A stretch of DNA of 64,000 nucleotides from Ruminococcus sp. (GTDB lineage Bacteria; Bacillota; Clostridia; Oscillospirales; Ruminococcaceae), in the NCBI GenBank assembly GCA_014799785.1, contig JAAVHI010000051.1, positions 9,535-73,534 on the forward strand, read 5' to 3'. Under the pieces are notes generated by a model. It was given only the letters and a program-made list of their open reading frames with translations, had not been told where the DNA came from and made no database searches. How positions within the stretch are numbered: position 1 is the first letter of the stretch; the number at the start of each line of letters is the position of its first letter. Positions 47,019 to 55,681 of the stretch are shown one piece after another. A program made the position numbers and the translations under genes.

Positions 47019-48068
47019 ATGATAATTTCTCACAACGACCCCAAGGTAATCTATATGGGCAGGACTGACGTTTCCGAAAGAGAGACGAAGCTCTTCTGGG
47101 CAGGGTCTCAGGCAGAGGTGAAATTCCGCGGCACTAAGCTGTCCGCGGTGGTAAATTCGACCGCGCTGTGGGGCAAGCTCCAATTCGGAGTTGTCACCGA
47201 CGGCGAAATGAGCGGAATTCCCCTTGAATACGAAAACAACGGAAAGGACATTACGATCGTACTTGCGGAGGGTCTTGCCGAGGGTGAACACACGGCAATT
47301 CTCTATAAGCGGTACGCGGGAAATCAGATATTGTCGGTCAAGTCCTTTGAGACGGACGGAGAGTTCCTTGCGCCCGAACCGCTTCCCGAGCTGAAAATAG
47401 AGGCCTACGGCGACAGCGTCTGCGCGGGCGAGGTGATCGAGGCACACGACTTTGTGGGACAGTGCGATCCCGAAAACCACGAAAGCGTATACGACAACGT
47501 TCGTAACAGCTTTGTTATGCAGACAGCGCGGAATCTCGGCGCGCAGATACATAACATCTGTCAGGGCGGTATTGCTCTTCTGGACGGTACAGGTTATTTT
47601 CATTATCCCAATTGTATCGGTCTGGAAAGCGTTTACGACAAGGTCTGCTACTTTCCCGAGGGCGGCGAGCCTACGGTGTGGGATTTCGGCAGATATGTCC
47701 CCGACATAGTGATAATCGCCATCGGTCAGAACGACAAGCACAACGGAAAGACCGAAAAAGACGACATTGATATTTCGTCCCCCGCAACAAGGAGAGAATG
47801 GAAGGTCGCTTACGAAAAGCTTGTCCGCGACCTTGCGAGGCGTTACGGAGACGCGAAATTCGTGCTTACCACAACCGTCCTCATGCACGACGCCGAATGG
47901 GACAATGCAATCGAGGAGATCAAGAACGAGCTTTGCGAGGTTGGCATAAAGGCGTACCACAACCTTTTCAGCCGAAACGGAGCGGCTACTCCGGGACACC
48001 CCCGTCTTGCCGAGCATGACGAAATGGCGCGGGAGCTTACCGATTTCATCAAGGCGAACGTACTGTAA
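47019..48068 (+). CDS. SGNH/GDSL hydrolase (CE2-like acetylesterase architecture)
   Basis: N-terminal beta-rich region, then AYGDSVCAG (GDS block I), IAIGQND (block III) and a C-terminal GHP. Confidence 0.65.
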   Translation: MIISHNDPKVIYMGRTDVSERETKLFWAGSQAEVKFRGTKLSAVVNSTALWGKLQFGVVTDGEMSGIPLEYENNGKDITIVLAEGLAEGEHTAILYKRYAGNQILSVKSFETDGEFLAPEPLPELKIEAYGDSVCAGEVIEAHDFVGQCDPENHESVYDNVRNSFVMQTARNLGAQIHNICQGGIALLDGTGYFHYPNCIGLESVYDKVCYFPEGGEPTVWDFGRYVPDIVIIAIGQNDKHNGKTEKDDIDISSPATRREWKVAYEKLVRDLARRYGDAKFVLTTTVLMHDAEWDNAIEEIKNELCEVGIKAYHNLFSRNGAATPGHPRLAEHDEMARELTDFIKANVL

Positions 48069-48265
48069 CGGTACGGAAGAAGCTTTCGTCCGAAAACAAA
48101 ATTACCCCTGCTGTCAAAAATTGCGGCAAAGGGTTGACTAAATTTTATTCAGTTGGCTCAGACTTTTGTGCAATCCTTATGCCAAAACTACTTCCCGTCT
48201 CGGGAGAACAGTATGGCTGCTCGCTTTAAACGGCGGCATGGGTAAAGGCTCAGCCTTTTATGTAT

Positions 48266-48293
48266 CCCTCCGAAAAGCGGAGGGATTTTTTTT
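48266..48293 (+). terminator. rho-independent terminator
   Basis: CCCTCCG-AAAAG-CGGAGGG followed by ATTTTTTTT. Confidence 0.6.
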
Positions 48294-48327
48294 CGTCTTT
48301 AAGTTTTTGCGTCCTTACGTTTTTACG

Positions 48328-49701
48328 TCATGTTGCCGACGGGCAGCACTCGAAGTCGGAGTCGATATAGTTTGCGAAAAATCTTGCGTTGAAGTTTCTT
48401 GCGTTGCAGGTTCCCGTGTCTGTTCCGGAAACGTCAAGGTCTTCGGGAAGAACGAACTTGATGCAGCGTACGGTTACGTCACGGCAGGAGGTCTCGGTGT
48501 GGGCGGGAATGGTCATGGTTTTCATTCCGCGTCTGTATTCGTTGCCCTCGGGGTCGGTCTCGTTCAGGATAACTGCCAGCGCAACACGCTTATTGGGGCA
48601 GACGTCCCGAATGGTAACGTCAAGCTGGAGGATACGTCCTGTGGATTCGAGAACAAGATCGCCTGCGTCAAATTCAATTGTGTCACCGCAGCCCTCCGCG
48701 GGGATTTCAACAGGGATAGGGCAGCTTTCGGGAATAACGTCAATGCCGCAGTTTACGTCGATCTCGGGGGAGGGGAACGTAACAATGTTGCCCTCGGTAT
48801 CGGTGTAGGAAATGGACTCGTTTACAGCAACAGTACCAGTACACTGACCAACGTGCTGAACGTTGAACCGGAGTTCAGCTCCCTCGCTTCCGCTTACGCC
48901 GAGAGCGGGAATACGCCACTCAACCGTGTTGGAATTTATCATAGTAGCAGTGCCGATAAGAGGATTCATAACCGAATTTATTCTGAAGCACGGAGCAACT
49001 GTGTCTCTCAGAACAATGTTTGTAGCTCCTGTTTTTGTGATGTTGTTTGCAAGATCCTCGAAAAGGTCTTCAAGCTCCGTGTCGTTCGGAGCAATTATAA
49101 CATATGAGGAGGACGGATCGGAAGCCCAGTCGTCAAGAGCGTCCTCGTCAATACCGCCGTTGCCGTCAAGACCGATAGCGTAAATTACAACGCCCTGGGC
49201 CTTAGCCGCAGTTGCAACTGTGTTGGGGTTTCCGCCCGCAGTTGTAACGCCGTCTGTGAACATTACCATTACCTTCTGGTTTGTGGAGCCTGCGGGGAAA
49301 AGCTGCAAAGCCTTTTCAAACGCGTCGGCGTGGTTTGTGTCGCCGCCTGCGGTAAGAGCAGTTACAGCAGTTTTGAGGTCTGCAACGGAGGTGATAAGCT
49401 GTGTGTCCTGAGTTGCGGTGTCGGCAAAGCTTACAACGGCAATACGGCTTCCGCCGCCGATCTGACCTGTCTGTGTGCCGCCCGTGGCTTCGGCGATAAT
49501 ATCAATAAACTTTCTCGCGCCGTTTTTCATATTGGCAAGAGGACTTCCCGCCATACTTCCCGAACGGTCGAGAATAAGAACAATATCAGCAGGGTTGCTT
49601 ACAATGTCGGGCGTAGCCGTAAGGGACAATGTCACCGCAAACGATCCGCCGCAGCTGATGCTGTCAGTATTGACTTCCTTGTTGGAGTAGGTTATACCCA
49701 T
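48328..49701 (-). CDS. von Willebrand factor type A domain protein with Cys-rich beta-rich C-terminal repeats, no signal peptide
   Basis: DIVLILDRSGSM (MIDAS DxSxS) ...FTDG.... ATG at 49701 lies 9 nt after GAAAGGA. Confidence 0.7.
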   Translation of the reverse strand: MGITYSNKEVNTDSISCGGSFAVTLSLTATPDIVSNPADIVLILDRSGSMAGSPLANMKNGARKFIDIIAEATGGTQTGQIGGGSRIAVVSFADTATQDTQLITSVADLKTAVTALTAGGDTNHADAFEKALQLFPAGSTNQKVMVMFTDGVTTAGGNPNTVATAAKAQGVVIYAIGLDGNGGIDEDALDDWASDPSSSYVIIAPNDTELEDLFEDLANNITKTGATNIVLRDTVAPCFRINSVMNPLIGTATMINSNTVEWRIPALGVSGSEGAELRFNVQHVGQCTGTVAVNESISYTDTEGNIVTFPSPEIDVNCGIDVIPESCPIPVEIPAEGCGDTIEFDAGDLVLESTGRILQLDVTIRDVCPNKRVALAVILNETDPEGNEYRRGMKTMTIPAHTETSCRDVTVRCIKFVLPEDLDVSGTDTGTCNARNFNARFFANYIDSDFECCPSAT

Positions 49702-49739
49702 TAAATTCATTCCTTTCAAAGCTTTTGTACTATTTCTTT

Positions 49740-49770
49740 ATCAACTTATAGACAAAGTCTATAAGTTGAT
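49740..49770. promoter_or_regulatory. perfect inverted repeat (14-bp arms, 3-nt spacer) 39 nt upstream of the vWA start
   Basis: ATCAACTTATAGAC-AAA-GTCTATAAGTTGAT. Confidence 0.5.
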
Positions 49771-49780
49771 TCCACCGTGC

Positions 49781-49876
49781 AATACTAATTTCGCCAAAAC
49801 CGTAGGTTTTGACTGCCGCCTTTCGGGCGGCTCTGCCTATAGACATTTGTCTATAGGCAGATTAGAAATTAGTATT
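49781..49876. repeat. nested palindrome block
   Basis: Outer 12-bp IR AATACTAATTTC / GAAATTAGTATT encloses hairpins CAAAACC-GTA-GGTTTTG and GCCGCC-TTTCG-GGCGGC, plus the 13-bp-arm palindrome CTGCCTATAGACA-TT-TGTCTATAGGCAG (49833..49860). Confidence 0.55.
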
Positions 49877-49980
49877 ATAAGCTTGGGGGATACGCCGCAC
49901 TATTTGTTTGGCGTTCCCTTAGTACAGTATATGCCGCAAAGGAATGATTGCTACTTGTTGTTCGGTTCAGCGGGGGCTGT

Positions 49981-50838
49981 TCAGTCGGCAGCCCGTTTTT
50001 GGGAAATGACGCTTTCCGCAATACATATCGCCGCAACTATAAAAATTGCCGCTGTTCCCACAAGGAAAAATTGCAGTACCTTGCTTTCGTCGTTAGTCTC
50101 CGACAGCGCAAGAATAAGCCCTGTGGCGTTGTTGTTTACCGCATGAGCGAAAGCGGCGGGGTATACCGAGTTCGTTTTTTCGGTGAGCCATGTGAAAATT
50201 ATTCCCGTGCCTATGCAGAACAGGCACATAAGCAGTATCCCCATATAGGGGTATCCCATATAGTCCTTGCCGAAGTTAAGTCCGTCGATAATTGCGGGGG
50301 TATGCCACACGCCCCAGATAATTCCGCAGACGATATAGGCGGCGGGACGGTTCATTACCGTTTTCAGCTTCGGGAAAAGGTATCCCCGCCAGCCAAGCTC
50401 CTCCCCGAGAAAAATCGGGAACAGTGCAATTGAGATTGCTATATTGAAAAATATTGCAGCAGTATAGCCGACGGCTGAAATTCCAACAGCCTCGAAAACT
50501 GCGTTGGGGTCGAACCTTGAACCCAGCACCGCGGCATTTAGCACGTCTTCTATAGCCGTATAAATAAGGGGAAAGGCAATTGCAAGCAGGAAATATTTCC
50601 CATTTCCCTTTAGATTAAGCCGCAGCATGGAATTTGCCATACCCTCTTTTGTGACAAGCCTTGTCAGCAGAGAGCCTATGGCAGGGGTGAACATTGCAAA
50701 GAATGTGACTAACTGAAATCCCGCATCGTCCTGAAAGATACCGAACAAATCGCACAGTCCAGCAAATATCCAGTAAATCCCGTAGGAGAACAGTACAAAC
50801 AGGAGTATTCTCTTAACGGCAAGCTTTTTATCGTTCAT
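49981..50838 (-). CDS. CPBP-family intramembrane glutamic endopeptidase
   Basis: EELGWRGYLFP motif 1, FAHAVNN motif 3, polytopic. Confidence 0.8.
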   Translation of the reverse strand: MNDKKLAVKRILLFVLFSYGIYWIFAGLCDLFGIFQDDAGFQLVTFFAMFTPAIGSLLTRLVTKEGMANSMLRLNLKGNGKYFLLAIAFPLIYTAIEDVLNAAVLGSRFDPNAVFEAVGISAVGYTAAIFFNIAISIALFPIFLGEELGWRGYLFPKLKTVMNRPAAYIVCGIIWGVWHTPAIIDGLNFGKDYMGYPYMGILLMCLFCIGTGIIFTWLTEKTNSVYPAAFAHAVNNNATGLILALSETNDESKVLQFFLVGTAAIFIVAAICIAESVISQKRAAD

Positions 50839-51553
50839 ATTCCTCGGCTCCTTTCAGGTATAGTTTGCAGGAAAGCTTGTAGGAAAGGAAGTAAAGTCCC
50901 GCGGAAAAATAGGGGAACACAGCAAGCAAAACAAGAGAGATATCCGACATCAGCGAGGTGTCCGAAAACCTTTCAAAGAACTCAAAAATTTTGTCGGGAC
51001 TTCCGAATATTGAAAGATCGCCGAAGAAAATATATTCAAAGGCTATGATCATAGCAAGCAGCATGACGGCGGTTTTTATATGGCTTCCCGCCTTGCTGCC
51101 GAACCGTACCAAAAAGGGAAATTCTATGGCGTTTGCCGCAAGCATAATGAACATCATCAGACAGGCGACCATACTGTTTGCCGTTCCTCCCAGCACTGCC
51201 GAGAGGACAGAAAGAAAATAGCACCATACAAAAAGCGCAACATAAAGCAGCAGCGTGAAAAGGTACTTTTCCTTTATCTGACTAACGTCGGTAAGGGGCG
51301 TGGAGGTAATGAAGTATGCCCATTTTTTGCTTTCGTCGGCTTCAAAAATTGACGCCGTCATAATGCCAAGCACTAAGAAAAGCATAATAAACACAAACAC
51401 GCTCAACAGCGACGTTATTATCTCTGTATCCGAAGTTACGCCGTCAAATATTATCGGAGCAAATACGAGAAGCGACAAGCCGATCTCTCCCAGCGCCATA
51501 GTAAGCAGATTTTTTTTGTTGAGAACCAGATCTCTGTAAAGCAAGCCCGCCAT
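50828..51553 (-). CDS. ABC-2-type transporter permease
   Basis: ATG at 51553 after AAAGGAGGG gives MAGLLYRDLVLNKKNLL. Six hydrophobic helices. TAATG overlap with the upstream gene. Confidence 0.6.
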   Translation of the reverse strand: MAGLLYRDLVLNKKNLLTMALGEIGLSLLVFAPIIFDGVTSDTEIITSLLSVFVFIMLFLVLGIMTASIFEADESKKWAYFITSTPLTDVSQIKEKYLFTLLLYVALFVWCYFLSVLSAVLGGTANSMVACLMMFIMLAANAIEFPFLVRFGSKAGSHIKTAVMLLAMIIAFEYIFFGDLSIFGSPDKIFEFFERFSDTSLMSDISLVLLAVFPYFSAGLYFLSYKLSCKLYLKGAEEYER

Positions 51554-52320
51554 TATTTTTCCCTCCTTTTGTACTGCGTAAGAAAAAGAAAATATCCGAT
51601 GACAGCTACTGCCGCAAAAAACAGTATCGAAAACGGGAACAGTCTGTCCCGCCATTCAAGCGCAGGCGCGATAAGCTCCTCAATTGTCAGCATATCTAAC
51701 GTATCTGACTCTTCAATAGTGTCCATGAACGCTTCAAGTTCGGCCTGCCTTTGCCATACCCAAGCCATAAATAAGAAGTAGAGCGCTATGACAACGCCGG
51801 AAAAAGCTAATGCGGCTTTCTGCGGGTCTTGGAATTTAAGCAGCAGGAAGTCCATAAATGTCATAAGGGCAAAAGCTGCCAGCGCAATAACGGTGATATT
51901 TGCCATAGTCGCAAGTGTGAATTGGTGATGTGCAAAAGCGAAAATTACTGCCGCAAAAGCTGTGGAAACTGCCGTACCCAAAAGGTTTGAGCCCCAAAGC
52001 AGACCCGTTTTTACCGCCGCAAGCTTTTGCGGGGAAAGCGGCAGGGTGTACTCAAAAACATTCCATTTGCACTTTCTGTCCTTTACAAATGTTTCACCGT
52101 TCTGGCTGAACAGCATGATACCCACGCCTGCCATCGCATATGCGAGAATTACTGTGGAATCGGGGGTCAGGTTCTCGTTATTTTTCATATTGCCGTAATC
52201 GAAGCTCAGGCAGAACGAAACCGCCAGAATAAAAAGCAGGACAAATATGGACAGACCCGTCAGCATGGTCTTGCGCCGCAGATAAATTTCTTTCAGAATA
52301 AGACCTTTAACGCCGTTCAT
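51553..52320 (-). CDS. ABC-2-type transporter permease
   Basis: MNGVKGLILKEIYLRRK... Polytopic. TAATG overlap with the ATPase gene. Confidence 0.6.
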   Translation of the reverse strand: MNGVKGLILKEIYLRRKTMLTGLSIFVLLFILAVSFCLSFDYGNMKNNENLTPDSTVILAYAMAGVGIMLFSQNGETFVKDRKCKWNVFEYTLPLSPQKLAAVKTGLLWGSNLLGTAVSTAFAAVIFAFAHHQFTLATMANITVIALAAFALMTFMDFLLLKFQDPQKAALAFSGVVIALYFLFMAWVWQRQAELEAFMDTIEESDTLDMLTIEELIAPALEWRDRLFPFSILFFAAVAVIGYFLFLTQYKRREK

Positions 52321-53204
52321 TACCGCCACTCCTTTTTCTCGCGATTTACGTAGAAAACCATGATCTCCTCCAGCGTGGTGTTATCCATGACGAGACCGCT
52401 GTACTTGCGCTTGCAGGCGGCTTTGTCGGACACCATTACCTCCGCGCCGAAATCGGTGAGACGCGCGCTGACAATGTCCTCCGCGGCAATTTCCTTGTAG
52501 TCGTTTTTGCCGCATTTTATAACGCCGTGATTTTCAAGAACTTCGTCCTTGTAGCCCGTCAGGAGCAGCTTTCCCTTGTCGATAAAGGTAACGCTGTCCG
52601 CGACCTTTTCAAGGTCGGAGGTTATGTGGGAGGACATGAAAATGCTGTGGTTCTCGTCCTGAATGTACTCTAAAAAGATGTCGAGAATTTCATTCCTCAC
52701 AACAGGGTCAAGACCCGTTGTAGCTTCGTCCATGATAAGCAGTTCCGCCCCGTGTGAAAGAGCGCAGGCGATTTGCAGCTTCATTTTCATGCCCTTGGAA
52801 AACTTGCCTATCTTCTTTTTTCTCGGCAAGGCAAAGCGGTCTAAGTACTTGTCAAAGGTTTGGGTATCCCAGTTTTTGTAGATGTCCCCCAAAATAACGT
52901 CAAGATTTTTTGCGGTAAATTCGTCATGGAACGGTATCTCGTCAAAGACAGCGGCAATACGCTCCTTTATGGGAATTTCCTCGGTCACGCTGTCCATGCC
53001 CAGAAGCTTCACGCTGCCCTCGTCCGCCTTGATGATGTTCAGTATCGCCTTGATAGTTGTAGTCTTGCCCGCGCCGTTCTGTCCGATAAAGCCCATAATG
53101 CTGCCCTTGGCGGCGTTAAAGGACAGATTGTCCAGCGTAAAACCGTCGTAACGTTTAGTCAGACCGCTTATTTCAATTGCGTTTTCGTAATCGTTCATAA
53201 TCAT
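52320..53204 (-). CDS. ABC transporter ATP-binding protein
   Basis: GQNGAGKTT Walker A, FSKGMKMKL signature-like, LLIMDEATTGLD Walker B. Confidence 0.9.
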   Translation of the reverse strand: MIMNDYENAIEISGLTKRYDGFTLDNLSFNAAKGSIMGFIGQNGAGKTTTIKAILNIIKADEGSVKLLGMDSVTEEIPIKERIAAVFDEIPFHDEFTAKNLDVILGDIYKNWDTQTFDKYLDRFALPRKKKIGKFSKGMKMKLQIACALSHGAELLIMDEATTGLDPVVRNEILDIFLEYIQDENHSIFMSSHITSDLEKVADSVTFIDKGKLLLTGYKDEVLENHGVIKCGKNDYKEIAAEDIVSARLTDFGAEVMVSDKAACKRKYSGLVMDNTTLEEIMVFYVNREKKEWR

Positions 53205-53578
53205 TCCTCTCCCTCGTAAATGATCTCCAGCATTTCCCTGAGCTCTTCAAGGGTCATGCCGCACTGTTTTGCTTTTGTGCAGGCCTCGTCCAGCAGGGCC
53301 TCCGTCTGTTTGAGAATTTCCTCACGCAGGAATTCGGCATTCTGCTTTTTGACAAAGCTTCCCCTGCCTGTGTAGGATTCGATAAAGCCGTCCCGTTCAA
53401 GCTCCTCGTAGGCGCGTTTGGTGGTTATCACGCTTATGCGGAGCTGCTGTGCAAGAACGCGCATTGAGGGAAGGGCGTCCCCCTCCTTTAATACGCCGCT
53501 CATAATCCCGGCTTTTATCTGGGAATAGATCTGTTCATAGATCGGGTCTCCGGACGAATTGCTGATGATGATATCCAT
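53201..53578 (-). CDS. GntR-family (YtrA-like, short) transcriptional regulator
   Basis: PIYEQIYSQIKAGIMSGVLKEGDALPSMRVLAQQLRISVITTKRAYEELERDGFI. ATG at 53578. ATGA overlap with the ATPase gene. Confidence 0.85.
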   Translation of the reverse strand: MDIIISNSSGDPIYEQIYSQIKAGIMSGVLKEGDALPSMRVLAQQLRISVITTKRAYEELERDGFIESYTGRGSFVKKQNAEFLREEILKQTEALLDEACTKAKQCGMTLEELREMLEIIYEGEE

Positions 53579-53590
53579 AGTACACCTCAA

Positions 53591-53641
53591 ATTGTATATA
53601 TACATTATATACAATATAGCACAGCTTTTTTCATTTGTCAA
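53591..53641 (-). promoter_or_regulatory. promoter with overlapping inverted-repeat operator for the GntR operon
   Basis: Minus strand: TTGACA, 17 nt, TATATT. IR ATTGTATATA-TACAT-TATATACAAT (53591..53615) overlaps the -10 and leader. Confidence 0.55.
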
Positions 53642-53761
53642 TAGCTTTTCAAAAAAATAAGCTCTTATCTGTATTTTGATCAGACAGAGCCGCCGGAGTA
53701 TAAAAAAGAAAGGCCGCAAAATTGCAGCCTTTCCGAATGCTTATTTATTATGCTTGATTTA

Positions 53762-54457
53762 TCAATAGAATCTCTTTCTGTTTTTGAGTACGATGATCAC
53801 CACTACGATAATTACCGCAACAACTACTGTCACTATAACAATGGGAACTATAGGAATGTTTCCGCCGCTGCTGCTCTGTGAAGAAGCCTCGGTAGCGGCC
53901 GTTGTGACAGCCGTTGTTTCAGCAGCTTCGGTCTCAGCCTCTGTAACAGCTTCCGTTGTGGCAGCTGTGGTGGTTGTTGTTATCTCGATCTTCTCACAGT
54001 TTGTGATAACGAACTTTGTAACTTTCATGGGAATTCCGCAGTCGCCGAGGTGTACGGCGTCTACTGTGGAAAGATCTTCGCTTCCGTATATCGCGACCAT
54101 ATCCTCATAACGGAAAGTTGCGGTAGTATCGTCAAAATCATAAGGCGCGATCTTCGCCCAGATAGCGGGGTCAGCTGTGGAATAATTCTGGAAAACAAGT
54201 TCCACGGGAGCGCCGCTGCCGTTCCATTCGCCGTCAAGCTCAAACTCGACCTGTATTTCGGAATCCGAGGTAAGCCTCGAACAGTCAAGAGTAGCCTTAT
54301 CGTATGTTATAGACTGTCCCCAAGCGCCGTTGGTCACTTTTGCCAGTACCGTTCTCATCTCAATATCCTCGGTCTCCGCAAAAACGCAAACCGACATAAT
54401 TACGGCGGTCAGGCACAAAATCGCCGCCGAGAGTGCGATTTTTAAAATTTTCTTCAT
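53762..54457 (-). CDS. secreted protein with a T/A/E-rich linker and a C-terminal TM anchor
   Basis: Signal peptide MKKILKIALSAAILCLTAVIMSVCVFA. Linker TTTTTAATTEAVTEAETEAAETTAVTTAATEA. Anchor IVIVTVVVAVIIVVVIIVL. Confidence 0.55.
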   Translation of the reverse strand: MKKILKIALSAAILCLTAVIMSVCVFAETEDIEMRTVLAKVTNGAWGQSITYDKATLDCSRLTSDSEIQVEFELDGEWNGSGAPVELVFQNYSTADPAIWAKIAPYDFDDTTATFRYEDMVAIYGSEDLSTVDAVHLGDCGIPMKVTKFVITNCEKIEITTTTTAATTEAVTEAETEAAETTAVTTAATEASSQSSSGGNIPIVPIVIVTVVVAVIIVVVIIVLKNRKRFY

Positions 54458-54722
54458 ATTCTTTCTCTCCTTATTTTGTATGAAAATCAATACACATATT
54501 AATTTTACTTCATTTAGTTTAATATGTCAACTGCCTGAAAAAATTTCAACACATAGTACAAATGGAAAGAAAACTTAAAGGATTTCGTTCGTCAATTTGA
54601 CAACGCAAGTGACTGACACTGACACTGTTCAGTGTCCAAAACAACTGTAAAAATACTTGTACGGAATATTACGCCGCGGTGCGGGAAAACTAAACACCGA
54701 GAACATGAAAGGAGTCAAAACC

Positions 54723-54926
54723 ATGAACGCGGGAAAAATGATCATCAACGAAATAGACAGCCGTCTTGAACGGCTGGGAAACCATTACCACGACAAAAAG
54801 AATACCGACGGCAACCCTTTCGGCGAAATGCTTTCCGCCGAATCGAAGCTTCTCAATACCGCGCTGGCGGGTGAGCTTCGCAGCTTAAAGGAATTTGTAC
54901 AGGAAAAAATAGGAACCGGAGATTAA
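54723..54926 (+). CDS. small hypothetical protein (67 aa)
   Basis: ATG after GAAAGGAG. No family recognised. Confidence 0.4.
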   Translation: MNAGKMIINEIDSRLERLGNHYHDKKNTDGNPFGEMLSAESKLLNTALAGELRSLKEFVQEKIGTGD

Positions 54927-55651
54927 CCCTTTTCCTTATAGCCCCAGCCGTCAAGACCCGCGCGGCGCACCGCCCCGAAAATACGGTCGGAGAAGCCCTT
55001 GTCAGCCTTGTTTCTCTCCGCAAGGAACTGCTTCGTGACCTCCCGGGAGGTGTGTCCGTCAGCGGGACATTTTGATTTTACCACATTAAGACCGTTGCGT
55101 TTTGCGGCGTTCCGAACTTCCTTTTCGGGCGCGAAAACCAGCGGTCTTATCATTGTTATATCCTTTCTGGAAAGGTAGCTTTTCGGCGCAAAGCAGCCCA
55201 GTCTGCCCTCGTTGAAAAGGTTCATCACAAAGGTCTCCACCGCGTCGTCGTAGTTGTGTCCGAGGGCGATTTTGTTGCAGCCCGCCTCCTTAGCCGCGTC
55301 GTGGAGCGCGCCCCGCCGCATTCTTGCGCAAAGGCTGCACGGGTTTGTCTCCTGCCGTATATCGAACACGATCTCGCCGATATGGGTGCGTTTCAGAATG
55401 AAGTCCACACCAAGTCTGCGGCACATTTCCTCCACTGAGGAATAATCCCCGTCTGTTCCGCCGAAGCGGGGGTCGAGAGTTATCGCCGTGACCTCGTAGT
55501 CAATGCCGATAAAGCGTTTCAGCCTGACAAGTCCCTCTAAAAGAACAAGGCTGTCCTTGCCGCCCGAAACGCCTACGGCGATCTTGTCGCCGTTTTGTAT
55601 CAAGTCGAATTCCTGTATTGCTTTTCGCATATAGCCGAGTATTCTTTGCAT
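54923..55651 (-). CDS. ttcA: PP-loop ATPase, tRNA 2-thiocytidine synthase TtcA-like
   Basis: VGVSGGKDS PP-loop. CSLCARMRRG and CPADGH Cys motifs. Confidence 0.75.
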   Translation of the reverse strand: MQRILGYMRKAIQEFDLIQNGDKIAVGVSGGKDSLVLLEGLVRLKRFIGIDYEVTAITLDPRFGGTDGDYSSVEEMCRRLGVDFILKRTHIGEIVFDIRQETNPCSLCARMRRGALHDAAKEAGCNKIALGHNYDDAVETFVMNLFNEGRLGCFAPKSYLSRKDITMIRPLVFAPEKEVRNAAKRNGLNVVKSKCPADGHTSREVTKQFLAERNKADKGFSDRIFGAVRRAGLDGWGYKEKG

Positions 55652-55681
55652 TTTTTATCACCGATTTTAAACTAATTTTAA

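Noticed and set aside
46764-48017. 417-aa minus-strand ORF spanning the PstS-like / SGNH junction
   Set aside because: It is R/V/L-rich and not protein-like. It is antisense to two well-supported plus-strand genes and crosses their intergenic spacer. It is a shadow ORF.
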